Shown: positions 52,361-64,000 of the stretch, piece after piece | Layout: each line of letters starts with the position of its first letter | Position numbering within the stretch: position 1 is the first letter of the stretch | Assembly: GCF_018350175.1 (NCBI RefSeq) | Contig: NC_058368.1 | Location: forward strand, 127,412,001-127,476,000 | Direction: 5' to 3' | DNA length: 64,000 bases | DNA from: Felis catus | Taxonomy: Eukaryota | The notes under the pieces: model-generated | Told to the model about the DNA's origin: nothing | The model's database searches: none | What the model saw: the letters and a program-made list of their open reading frames with translations, nothing else | Made by a program: the position numbers and the translations under genes

Positions 52361-55062
52361 TAGGAAGGTAGGGTTTCTAGAAAAGGGCAGGAGTTAGGGA
52401 TGGCAAAAGGGAAAGAGGAAATTTTAGGGGTGATTGCTATGAGTTTCATGATCACTGTCACTAACGGAATCAATGCTATCTATTGGCTCAACGGAATCTT
52501 TTTCTTTTTGTGCAAATTTAACAAGGAGCCTATCAAATGACACTTGCTTTTGCCTCCTTTTAAGGATTTTGTGGAAATGTGACAGTGCATTGACAATCAC
52601 TCACAATCTGGCAGAGTGACTGAGAGGGAGGGATGGAGGGAGGGAGAGAAGAACCACTGGGTCACTTGTGATCATGTTAAATTCAGTGTCACGTACTTCT
52701 AGTATTATAAGACATCGCTCATTAATCAAGTAAAAATTTATTAGAAATTTTTGTTTGTCTTGCAATATACTCGCAGAACAAGTTACTTGCATATGGTATA
52801 TGGTTTTATCTCAGTGGAGTTCTTAAAATAATTTTGTAAAGAAAAAATACACAGTGAAAAATGAACTGATGGAATAAGGTATTGCTAAAATGAATGCTTT
52901 TGTATGCACAATACAACTTAGCATTAATTTATATATCTTCATGTTATCCAGTGATACTGTAAATAAAGCAAGTGAGGATGCTATCAAAATATCTATATAC
53001 TTTGCATCCAGATATAGCAAATTACTTTGAAATGTCTTGGTGGTTTTCCCTACTGGATCAAAGTTTTCCTAACATGTGACTATTTAATTGTGACTTATCA
53101 CGCTAAGAAACCATAATTCACTAATAACACAAAAGGTCATAAGCTAGAGTGTACCTTCCACTTCCTCCCATAATACTGGTAACACCTAGTGTCTTTAGAA
53201 GACATGTCAATGTTCTAAACTCCAAAGGGAAAGAATTCTATGTCAAAATAGGTATAATCATGCATGGGGTAGAGTGTAGGGAATTACAACAAGCCTTGGG
53301 TTAACTGAACATTAAGAACCATTCTTTGACTAGGACTTGGGTAGGAAAGCAGGAAAGCTATGTGACTATATCATAGGGAGCTGGTCTGAGCTGTATCTAC
53401 ATTGTGTTGCATGTTCCCTGAATCAGCAAATTATCAGTGGGACAAATTTATCTATATTGACTGCTCTTCACCAAATTATGCAGGTAAAATAGTATCTTGG
53501 CAGCCAGCTGTGTGGATTTGGGGTACTGCATCGGTCTCAGTAATGTATTATTGATCTACAGTTAAAGTGATCTGAAGGTCAAACTTCTAGGATTTCTCTG
53601 TCTCACATTCTGAATCAATTGTTGTCTTTTAGGAATGGCTATATTAGAGGCTCCTGAGTCATCTTTAGCCAGAACAACAGGAACAAACCTGGTGTTGCAG
53701 TATGTGGGCTGTAAATGCAACAAAATTAGTGCCTCTATATTTTGCCTTGCAGATTGTTCCCGAATTATGGCCCCGGAGTCATGCTGCATTGTTCCCTTGA
53801 AGTTTCTATATTGAGAGAGAATTTAAATAGCCCATTTGTTTACATTGAAACTTAGTCCATACGTTCTCATCACCATTCATTTTGTGTTTTTTGGATGAAT
53901 AATACTGCCTATTAATATGTAAGTTTACAGGGAATTTTTATTTCTTATGTCTGTCTATGTATGTGCGTGTGTGTTTGTGTTTTAACCAGAGAATGGTGGA
54001 TTTTCAGCTTCTTGCCGACTAAACTGGAAAACCTAAAGAACAAGCCAGATCGTAAATAGCATATTCTACTCCCTGAATTGGATTTCCATCCCATTATCAC
54101 ACAATACCATTTGTGCTTTAAAATAAACCAAGGGGAACAATTCACATAAAAGGTATTACTTCTTACTATGCAGGTCCCCCTACTGGGAAACAAATGAATG
54201 TTTAAAGCCTACCAGAGCCCAACCATCTTCCCTCTCAAAAGATTATGCTATTCAATGACTGGGGTGACTTTAAAAAGTGGTATAATAGGCAAAATATTGG
54301 CTGTCAAACTTCTAAAAAGGAGAATGCATAAAAAGAACTTCTATGAAATATCTGAGAAGTGGTGGCTAAACTCTAGGAAAATTATAACTATTTTTGTGTA
54401 ACAGGCCAACGTCTGTATTTCCTCAGGCAAGCCAATTTGCTGTGGTCTAGAAATTTTACAATCCACCATAGAGTCAGGTTTGTCATGAAGCTAGGAAGCT
54501 TAACCCACAGCCTCTTTCCAAGGCACTGGGAATGGCTCTAACACTGGGGAGACCCACTCAGATGATTTGGGAATTTTACCAAAGGAAGATATTTCAACTG
54601 CAGTAGTTTAAAACTAACGTCTGCTTGCTAGTTTTCGCACTGCTGGCTTTCCCTTAGGTTGGGTGGTACTGACTGACGATGGGCCTTTTTGGGATCTGGC
54701 TAATTAGAAGTTGAATTAAAGGCACATTTAGTTTTGGTTTGGTGGGATTATTATTTAGTAGTTCTCAGTTTCTTCCACATATCCTTGGGTGGCTTTCGAG
54801 AACACTCCCGCTGACCACAGCGCCAGCTCACAGGGCACTGCAGCATTGAAGGGGCAGGACCCGAGACCACACTGGGACACGAACCTGCTCAGAGCTCCAG
54901 GTACCACATGTCTGTGCGCAGTGGAGGAGACACAATGTTTAAAATGTAGAAAGCCAGGAGCTGGTCTTTGAAAGTTTTTCCAAATTTTATGGCTCAAAAA
55001 CGAATGACATTTAACAGAGGTTTTCACAAATTTTGCCACAGTCTCAAGAATATAAATGAAAT

Positions 55063-55185
55063 GGGGTGCCTGGGTGTCTCCGTGGGTTAAGTATCCAACT
55101 TTGGCTCAAGTCTCGCCAGTTCCCAAGTTTGAGCCCTGCGTCAGGCTCTGTGCTGACAGCTCAGAGCCTGGAGCTGACTTCAGAT

Positions 55186-55232
<47 letters not shown>

Positions 55233-55300
55233 GCCCCTCCCCCACTTGTACTTTGTCTCTGTCTCTGTCTCTCTCTCAAAAAAAGCAAAACAAAACATGA
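55063..55300 (+). mobile_element. CAN-SINE (SINEC)
   Basis: ggggtgcctgggtg...gctctgtgctgacagctcagagcctggag...(CT)n...A tail. Confidence 0.93.
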
Positions 55301-55562
55301 AAAATATATATGAACGAAACAATAATAAATGAGACACTTGATATGAATCTTCTAAAGCACCAATAATAAAATATTAGATTGTAATCAACCATGCTAGGAG
55401 AAAGACTGCATTATCTTTTTATTCTCTACATAGAGTAATGAACGGTCATATGAAAAGGCAATCAGAAAATAAACAGCCAAAAACTATAAACCGCCCCTCC
55501 TGATCCCAGACACAAAATCACAGAAGTGTGTCTGGCAATTCATTTTGTTTTTAATTAAGGTA

Positions 55563-55801
55563 TTTTTATTTTTTTTTATTTAAAAAAATGTTTTTTAATG
55601 TTTATTTATTTTTGAGACAGAGAGAGAGAGACAGAGCATGAACGGGGGAGGGTCAGAGAGAGGGAGACACAGAATCCGAAGCAGGGTCCAGGCTCTGAGC
55701 TGTCAGCACGGAGCCCGACGCGGGGCTCGAACTCACGGACCGCGAAATCATGACCTGAGCCGAAGTCGGCCGCTTAACCGACTGAGCCACCCAGGTGCCC
55801 C
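55563..55801 (-). mobile_element. CAN-SINE (SINEC, low divergence) with TSD
   Basis: CpG-rich; TSD taattaaggta at 55552-55562 and 55802-55812. Confidence 0.96.
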
Positions 55802-56669
55802 TAATTAAGGTAATTTTATACATCTCGTGATGCCTGTGTTTGTCAGTTTTATTAAATTTGTAAGTTGTTGTGATTCCTTTTTTCATTCTAAATAAGTGTT
55901 CAATTGTTACCTCATGTATACATTTCTCTCAAAGTGGGATCCCCGAGTTGTATAACACATCAAATGCCACAAAACCTGAACCCGCTCCTTGTCAACCACA
56001 GTAGCCACCTTGGGATATGAAAAGGTAACTTCCTTTACATTATGACTAAGCGATACTGTGAATATGAATCTATTTGTTAAACTCCAAATTGTGATATTAA
56101 GCATTTTTAGGGACTGATTCTAGTAGTCACCCAGGAATATACCAGGCTTAATCCTACTGCCAAACTAAAAATAAATAAATCTATTAAAATTAGAAGACTG
56201 CCCTTTTCCTGATGGCACCAAAATTAAAAAAAAATTATATTCCTCATAGTAGGTTTTGAACTTGATCTACCTTATAAGTGTTGGTTTTATATGCATAGTG
56301 CTCCAGCAATTTTTTTTAAACTTTACATAAAAAATACAAAGTTTATGTTCTCAGTGTATAGTAATGTGTTTTGACAATTCCTTGGTTAACTATTCACAAA
56401 CATGTATAAACAAGGATTGACACTGTGATGGGCTTTGCACATTCCTTAGCAAAACTGATAAATCAATGTACTTCAAAAATCCATCATAATTGTTCAGCTC
56501 CATAACCCTTTGTACAAAATGTACATGGTTCAGTATCTCTACAGCCTTCAAGATGAAATGGAACTTCCATCAAATTCAGCAAATTCTATTTATCACACAT
56601 GACAAAAGATGTTACTACAGAGCTGGTATTACAGATCATTTTTGTGTAATCATTTATGTGTTAACATTG

Positions 56670-56900
56670 GTAAACTAAGTAAGTCATGGATTTAAGAAGT
56701 ACAGCATAGGGAATACAGTCGTTAAGGTGATAATATTGTATGGTGACTCACTGATCACAGTGAATATTAAGTAATATATAGGACTGTCAAATCACTATGC
56801 TGTATGCTTGAAACTAATATAATACTGCATGTCAACTATATTCAATAATAAAAATAAAAATAAATAATTTTCTAAAAATTAAAAAATAAAACAAGAAAAA
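56670..56900 (+). mobile_element. Carnivore L1 3' end
   Basis: gtacagcatagggaatacagtc...tgtatggtgac...tcactatgctgtatgcttgaaactaatataatactgcatgtcaactata plus A tail. Confidence 0.88.
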
Positions 56901-57238
56901 AATATGTTGCTAAAGTAAGGTTAATATTTTTAAAAAACACTAATAAAACTTTGATCTTTAATAACAGGATTATTATTTTTTAAACTATAAACCTAGATAT
57001 GCTGAATAGCTGTATGCTTCATGATATTATTTCCTATGTTCCATTGTGCATCATTTGTACATATACATTTTTAATTTATTTTTGAAGTTGGAGATTTTCA
57101 AAACTTTTGGAAAGATAAGAAAAATAGTGATTTCAAATATACCTATTCTGGTATAAATATACTTGTAAATATACCTGCATCTGCCTATTTACAGGTATAT
57201 TTATACAGGTAGTTACACACTTTAACAAATTAAAATTT

Positions 57239-57438
57239 GGGACACCGGGTAGCTCTGTCAGTTAAGCGTCTCTTAATTTCAGCTCAGGGCATGACCTCCC
57301 GGTTCCTGAGTTCAAGCCCCACATCAGGCTCTGTGCTGACAGTATGAAGCCTGCTTGAGATTGTTTCTCTCCCTCTCTCTCTCTCTCTCTCTTTCTCCCT
57401 CTCTCTCAAAACAAATAAATAAACTTAAAAAAATAAAG
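57239..57438 (+). mobile_element. CAN-SINE (SINEC) with TSD
   Basis: TSD aattaaaatttg near 57228-57239 and at 57439-57450; SINEC body. Confidence 0.92.
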
Positions 57439-60067
57439 AATTAAAATTTGTCCTAAGATATATCTTCTTCCATTTCAATAATATGTGTAGGACATAACTA
57501 CAGATAAGACTTAAGAAGTTTGGAGGTTGAGAATTTACAGAGAAAAATATTTTTAAATATTTTCAATTATGAAAATTCTTGAAGAAAGCATTCCAAAGAA
57601 AAAGTGTATATCATAAAATTATATAAATGTATTCACATTAAGGAACTCAATATTCTACAAATAGAAATTTGAATACAAATTAGTTTAGGAAATAATTTTG
57701 CCTTAAAAGATCAGTGAATGGAGTTATTAAACACATAACTTATTAATATAAGTTTATTTTTACAACTCTTTTTAGGAAGAGATATATGTAAACTGAAGTA
57801 CAACTAAATCAGAGATTTTCAACCTGGAATCACTACCCTGTAATGGAAACATGGATATGATTCCAGTAGCACCTGTCCGCCTAAAATTAAAAGCCAGCTC
57901 TCTGAGTGGTCTTATGTATATGTATAGTTACCAAGAGAATATTGACACATCTCATTAGATTCTTAGAGGATTCCAGAACCCCTAAAAGAGTAAAAAACAT
58001 AAACCTAGCCTATTCTATTTTCCAAATGGAATAGAGTGTTTTCACTGGGAGAAACAAAGAAAAAATAGTTCTCACTGCGATAGTGATGGTCCAATCACAC
58101 CCACACATCAAAAGACAGGGAGGAAAACAAATCCAAGGAAGATCTGATAATTTCAAGGAGCAAAGTGTTCAAGAGACATATTCGGTGAACAATTCCCAAA
58201 GTGCTCATGTGTGAGCAATGTGAAAACCCTAAAAATACTGTTCTGTGACATCACAAAAGTTCTTCAAAATACTAGACTAAAACACAGTCTTTTTCCAAGT
58301 CAGTCTCAATTATGATTATGTTACTCCTTTGTTTTTAGAATCATTGCACAATATTAAATACTCTTTGAGTCACTGAATATTAATTCTATGCATATGAGCT
58401 TTTGCATCCATTAAAAGATAAAATACAATGCTTAATTATTCATCTGTTTTAAGGTTATGAAAACTACCTTCAATAAGACTGACAAATAGAGCTAGCGACA
58501 GCAACATTTGGATCAACACTGACAGCAAGACTTTCTGTGAAGTTTGCTGGCCAACTTGTATCAGAGGTGCAGCAAGATGAGACTATGAAATTTTCCACTA
58601 GAGGAATTACTGAAGCAGCTTGGACATCTAACCCCAAACAGAAAAGGTTTAATGAAGGAGATTATGGCTGCATTCAGTTGTATTTGCAAAGTTAGGAGAG
58701 GTGATTAGAATTATTTTGTATGTTTCCACTGACATGCCTTGTATCAAGACTAGGAGGTGTTAGAGCACAAGACTTGAGCACAAAGACTACTTTTCTCAAA
58801 AGAAGTCTTCTACAACAAGGAAAGGGCTTATCTTTGTGAGTTGACTTTCTCTCCTGACAAGGCAATTTAGGGATCAGGAATGTTCTGAGATGGATTTCTA
58901 TACCGAGTGGGAAGTTGGATTCTTACATGTAGGGAAACCTTGTCTGTACTTAAATTGTGTGGTTCTATGATATATTAAGAAAAATTGCTTGCCATCCAGA
59001 GTACACAGCCTGGTGATAAGGCATTGGCTGAAGGAACACCCTTAGACAGCTATAAGTGAAACCTAAAGTGAGGTCAAGGAACACAGAGGTTAGTTGTGCA
59101 CAAAACCCAGAATTTTACCTCTTGTTGCATTGGTGAATTTTTAACCACAGCTCAATTACATTCTTCTCTGAGAAGGTATAAGATTAAACCTCTTCAAGGC
59201 AAAAGCATTATAGAAACCCAAAGCATTCTCTCACTTTGGAAATGCACCTGCACATAGAAGCCTGAGCAAAGGGAGGAATCAGAGGTGATAAGGAAAAAGA
59301 CGTAAGCAGGGGCAGAGTGGCAAATGGCCTTCAAGATAAGGATAAGTAATTTGAAATTGGTTAGGGAAGTAAAAGGGAGCCAGTAGAAGGAATCCAAACG
59401 ATGAGTAATGGAAGATTAGAAGATTAGAAAAGCAAGGTACATTACCTGGGGCGGGGAGCGGGGGCGGGTGGGTAGGATTTTGGAATGATTAGAGAGTATA
59501 ATGGCCAGAGAAGAGATTAGAGAATTGAGATAGGAAATCAAAAGACAAGGATGGAGAGACATACTCCTGAAGCAGGAGTAATACCTCCATTAAGATTGAG
59601 GAAGGCAGTTTGTAAACAAGACCCAGGCCTTAACTGAAGCTTGGGCATTACACAGCACTGATCCCAGAAATGGCATATACATGTGCCATTTGCTAGACAT
59701 CATCTATCAGGGAATGTTTGTTGCATAAATGAAGAAAAATCTAGTTCTATGCTTACATACAACAAAAATTTAAAATAAACACTTTGCAAAACAAAAATTG
59801 ACCATTAAATTAGAAAGTATTGATAGTTTATGCTACAGTTTCTTTTAAAGAACTGCTTAGACTTTTATCTATAGGTTAAAGAAGAGCAGCAATTCTCAAA
59901 GTCTAAATCTGAAAACAAAACATCTTTGAATTTTTTCCAATGTATAGGAGGTTTATGAAAAAAATACAGTCAAGCTAACATTGCAAATAACAGGTAACTT
60001 TAAACAGAAAAAAAAAAATCCAGTACTTCTCCCTGACCTTTTCAAACCAGATTCAGCAGTTGGATTA

Positions 60068-60076
60068 TTATTGTAT

Positions 60077-60119
<43 letters not shown>

Positions 60120-60162
60120 TAGTGAGCATGTGTGAGCAGGAGTAAGGGGAAGAGAAGCAGAA

Positions 60163-60228
<66 letters not shown>

Positions 60229-60332
60229 TCTTAAGCAGGCTCCATACCCAGTGTTGAATACAATGTGGGTCTTGGTATCTGACCTGAAATCAAAAGTCAG
60301 ATGCCCAGCCAACTGAGCCACCCAGGTGCCCC
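60068..60332 (-). mobile_element. CAN-SINE (SINEC), internally deleted, (TAAA)n tail
   Basis: Ends ccaactgagccacccaggtgcccc; long (GA)n. Confidence 0.9.
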
Positions 60333-61234
60333 TACAATCCGATTAATCTTTCCTTACATGTTTGCAGAACTACGATGAATGAATAAGAAGAATGGTTCCA
60401 TTTAAAACATCTTTTCCCTTTTTGGTAAGTCTAACACAGTTGTCGATAAAACAACTATGCTTTTAGTCACAGAAAAGCTTAAGAAGCTGCTCTCATTCTC
60501 CTATTATTTTGGTTAATGCAAATTATATCTGGAGGAAACGAATTCCAGTAGTTAATGGCATAAGGTAGCTGAAAATGGAGAACTCCATGCCTTGAATTAT
60601 CTCTGTGTGACTCTGCTGTGCTGTAGAGCCTGTAACAAGTTATCCTCAACTGACTGAGGCGTGATCTTCAAAGAAAGCCATAGAAATCCTGACAGACTCC
60701 AAAGACATTAGCCAATATCTATTCTTAAGCGCCATGTAAGCAGCTCTTCCAAGTCTTTTAAAAATATGTAATTAAAGACAACTTTAAGCATATAAGAAGC
60801 CTTCTGCTTGGTAGTTTCTGTACTGTGTTTAATGGTAGAGCTGTTTGATTGTAACGTTTGCTAAAAATCAGTACTTAATAAGCAAGATCACTTTGTTTCC
60901 AATTCGATATAGTGATTTCATATATCCATTTACTAGCTTCTCTACCATTTGATATTGTTTGGATGCTTCAAAAGCCATGCAACAGCTAAATAAATACCCC
61001 CCCCCAAAGTAAAAAGTCAACCAAACCAAAACTCAGCCCAGATGAGTATGCTGTTGTTTTTTATAAAGTGTTATATTTATACACTGTATAACAAACTTTT
61101 ATTTCATAAAAAAGTGGTTAAATGAGAACAAGATATGTCAAATCAAGATACTATTTTATTTCTTATCAACTTTCATTACAGATAAGAACGATCCTAGAAA
61201 ACACAGTGGGCGATGAATAAATGCGCTTTTTTTC

Positions 61235-61461
61235 TCTTTTTAAAAAATTTAAGTTTCTTTCTTTTTGAGAGAGAGAGAGACAGACAGAGACAGAGTGCAA
61301 GCAGGGGAGGAGCAGAGAGAGAGGGAGACACAGAATCCAAAACAAGCTCCAGGCTCTGAGTTCTCAGCACAGAACCCAACACAGGGCTCAAATTCACCAA
61401 CCTCAAGATCATGACCTGAGCTGAAGTCTTCACTTATGCGACTAGGCCACCGAAGCAGCCC
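61235..61461 (-). mobile_element. CAN-SINE (SINEC)
   Basis: ggagacacagaatcc...ctccaggctctgag...gatcatgacctgagctgaagtc. Confidence 0.9.
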
Positions 61462-61814
61462 TCTTTTAATACAAAAGAAAAAAGTAATTTTATCTGGACC
61501 TTCCTTCTGACATCCGGCTGTCAGGATGTTAGCTAGTATCATGTAGATAGGGACTATGACAAGAAGTACTTAGATCATCAGATATAGTAACTAACTTTTC
61601 CATGGAATACAATTATGGTTGTTGAGTAATAACAAACTCATGTGTTGACATGAAAAGAATAGGTGCATTTATGATGACTGAGAGCCTTGTCCTATAAAGT
61701 ACTTTTGGGCAAACACTAGATTGGGAGAGAGAAAGGAGAAAGGGATGAAGGAAGCAAGGAAACTGTCTATATGGCATTTCTCAGGGCCTGCCAGTTGCAA
61801 AATACCTCGCCATT

Positions 61815-62455
61815 TGCAGTGGATGCTGTCAGGATAACCCCTTCAGAAATGAATGACTCATCTTCCTAGGTTCCGGAAGTGCTGTCAGCTGTCAGCCCAC
61901 TTTGCGAGTTGCCTCAGCTAAAGAGGGGCACCTTGTTCAAACATTTAGTACTGAGTCAACAAGATGGTACAAAGGCCCAGCTCCAGAGTTGTTTAGGGTA
62001 ACTATGAAGGGCTGGGGGCACCTGGTGGCTCAGTCAGTTAAGCATCCGACTTCTGCTCAGGTCATGATCTCATGGTTCATGGGTTCAAGCTCCACATTGG
62101 GCTTGCTGCTGTCAGTGCAGAGCCTGTTTTGGATCCTCTGTCCCCCTCCCTCTGCCCCTCACCTGTGTTGTCTCTCAATTTCTCCCTCTTTCTCTTTCTC
62201 TCAAAAAAAAAAAAAAAAGAGAGAGAGAAAAAAAAGAAAAAGAAAAGAAAACTCTGAAGAAAAAGAAAAGAAAACTCTGAAGGGCCAACCCAGCTTCAGA
62301 ACTCTCTATTGGGTCTGCTGAGGCCTGCTTAGCAACTGTATTACAGACCAACTTTTTCTTCTCCCTCCTCCCCTGATTCTGCTTTCTTCCCTCTCCTCCC
62401 AGAGGTGGTAGTCAAGACTCTTAGAGTCTGCTTCTCAGGAAACCCAGTCTGTGAA
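61815..62455 (+). mobile_element. ERVL LTR (LTR16C-like) interrupted by a SINE
   Basis: gcagtggatgctgt...aagtgctgtcagctgtcagccc...gcctcagctaaagag...tgaagggc[SINE]caacccagcttcagaactc...agagtctgcttctcaggaaaccc. Confidence 0.7.
62015..62235 (+). mobile_element. CAN-SINE (SINEC) inserted in the LTR
   Basis: ggggcacctggtggctcagtcagttaagc...; TSD aactatgaagggc / aactctgaagggc. Confidence 0.93.
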
Positions 62456-63639
62456 TGAATCACATTAAGAATACCCACTTAGTCCCTGCTTCTGACCATT
62501 CATTCTTTGTAAGAGTTTACTATTTAAACTGAGCCCCTGAAAAAATGAACTCTAGACATGTCCAGTTCTCCATATTTTCCCTTATGTACACCTCCGCTGA
62601 TATATCACCTACGCATTCACACATACCAGCAGAGATTCTTTGCTTGAACAATAGGTTTGTGTTGCCTGCTCAGGTTATGTAGTGATAAGTACATAAAATA
62701 GGCTAAGAGAGAGCTTTCCCCATGCAAAACAAATAAAACTCTTATAACAAATATTGATAACTATATAAAATAGGTATCAACAGTAATATAATCGAGAGGT
62801 ATGCATTTCACTGTGGCATTTTTAACTTCCTTATTATTGTGCATTTGTTTGATAGTAGAGATCTCAGACTTTATTGCCTACCCATTTTTTTTCTCCCCAG
62901 AAAAGCAATTATAAACCTTGACTCTTCAACCATTCTTCAAATCTCTAGACTTCCATCAATTTGAGGTCAGGAAATACTCATTTAAATACAGAAATTCAGA
63001 GCTACTTCTATGTTCATTTTTTTAAAAAAAAATCCGTTGTGGAAACTGTCAGAAATGTAAATGCAATTGGTTGACAAACAAGAGATGCTGTTTTCCCTTA
63101 TTTGTTAAGCCAGTGATTTGCTCATGCCCAGGAAGCTAACTTAGATAGTATTCCATGATATATAAATACCACTTATCTGACTCTGCTTATTCAAAATAAA
63201 TTCATGGATATTTAATAATAGTAATTAGAATTGAAGTGTCACATTCTAGAAACATTTCACTGAAAAAAAGACACTTTATGGAAATATCAATTTTTAAAAC
63301 TGAAAGATATAATCCCACATTTCAAAACTGAAGCTAGCAAAATACATCCATTGGTTAGGTTCCCATGGCTGCATATTGAGCTGACTATTCTTTAATTAAA
63401 TGTTAAGCCAAAAAAAAAAAAAAAAGGAGGGGGGGGGTCTTAAAGGCAGTGATTAAATATGAGAATGTAATGGGAGTATACATTCTGTTCCTGAGAGATC
63501 ATCTGAAACTACAGTGAATGTGCTATTTGTTGTAAGGAGGTGGAGCAGTGTAGAAATGCTAAAGACTATAGGTAGAACATACCACTCTATAGGAGTGGAA
63601 ATGGAATTAGAAGTCACAGAAATAGAAGAGAATGAGGGA

Positions 63640-63845
63640 GGGGCACCTGGGTGGCTCAGTCGGTTAAGCATCCGACTTCGGTTCAGGTCATGATCTCGCA
63701 GTTTGTGAGTTCGAGACCCACGTTGGGCTCTGTGCTGACAGCTCAGAGCCTGGAGCCTGCTTCGGATTCTGTGTCTCCTTCTCTCTCTGCCCCTCCCCAA
63801 CTTGTGCTCTGTCTCTATCAAAAATAAATAAAATATTTAAAAAAA
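63640..63845 (+). mobile_element. CAN-SINE (SINEC)
   Basis: ggggcacctgggtggctcagtcggttaagcatccgacttcgg...aaaataaataaaa. Confidence 0.95.
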
Positions 63846-63944
63846 GAAGAAGAAGAAGAAGAAGAAGAAGAAGAAGAAGAAGAAGAAGAAGAAGAGGAGG
63901 AGGAGGAGGAGGAGGAGGAGGAGGAGGAGGAGGAGGAGGAGGAG
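63846..63944. repeat. Compound (GAA)16(GAG)17 triplet repeat
   Basis: Direct count from the sequence, immediately after the SINE tail. Confidence 0.97.
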
Positions 63945-64000
63945 GGAGTTCATACATACAAATCCTTCCTATTAGTAATTCGGCCACCGAGGATTCACTC

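Larger units (their letters stand above)
54470..55990 (+). mobile_element. Zaphod/MER115-like hAT-Tip100 DNA transposon fossil, split by two SINEs
   Basis: tttttgggatctggctaa...acatttagttttggtttggtggga...gtggaggagacacaatgtttaaaatgta...; transposase C-terminal-like remnant tcaaccatgctaggagaaagactgcattatctttttattctct; end ...ccacaaaacctgaacccgctcct. Confidence 0.75.

Noticed and set aside
54790..54920. CpG-containing GC-richer patch as a possible promoter or exon
   Set aside because: Explained by the Zaphod/MER115-like transposon sequence

Overview
AT-rich, non-coding mammalian genomic DNA from a carnivore, almost certainly a felid: it holds 18 CAN-type SINEs, two of them of the young cat SINEC_Fc type, plus felid/carnivore L1 3' ends. 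No protein-coding gene can be supported; the ORFs in the track come from microsatellites, SINEs, decayed repeats or chance. Bases 1-5600 are repeat-poor and locally CpG-enriched, with splice-like and TF motifs, suggesting a promoter or 5'-UTR exon cluster of a gene whose coding exons lie outside the window (identity not established). The rest is intergenic/intronic DNA tiled with SINEC, MIR, L1, L2, MaLR/ERVL LTRs and hAT/TcMar DNA-transposon fossils. The most unusual signals are mutational scars: a perfect 66-bp copy of unique DNA inside a (TA)n tract 1.55 kb away, a 31-bp-arm near-perfect hairpin, a SINE nested in another SINE's tail, and a (GAA)16(GAG)17 repeat grown from a SINE tail. I found no convincing previously undescribed biological system. 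Repeat family names come from recalled consensus sequences and boundaries are approximate.
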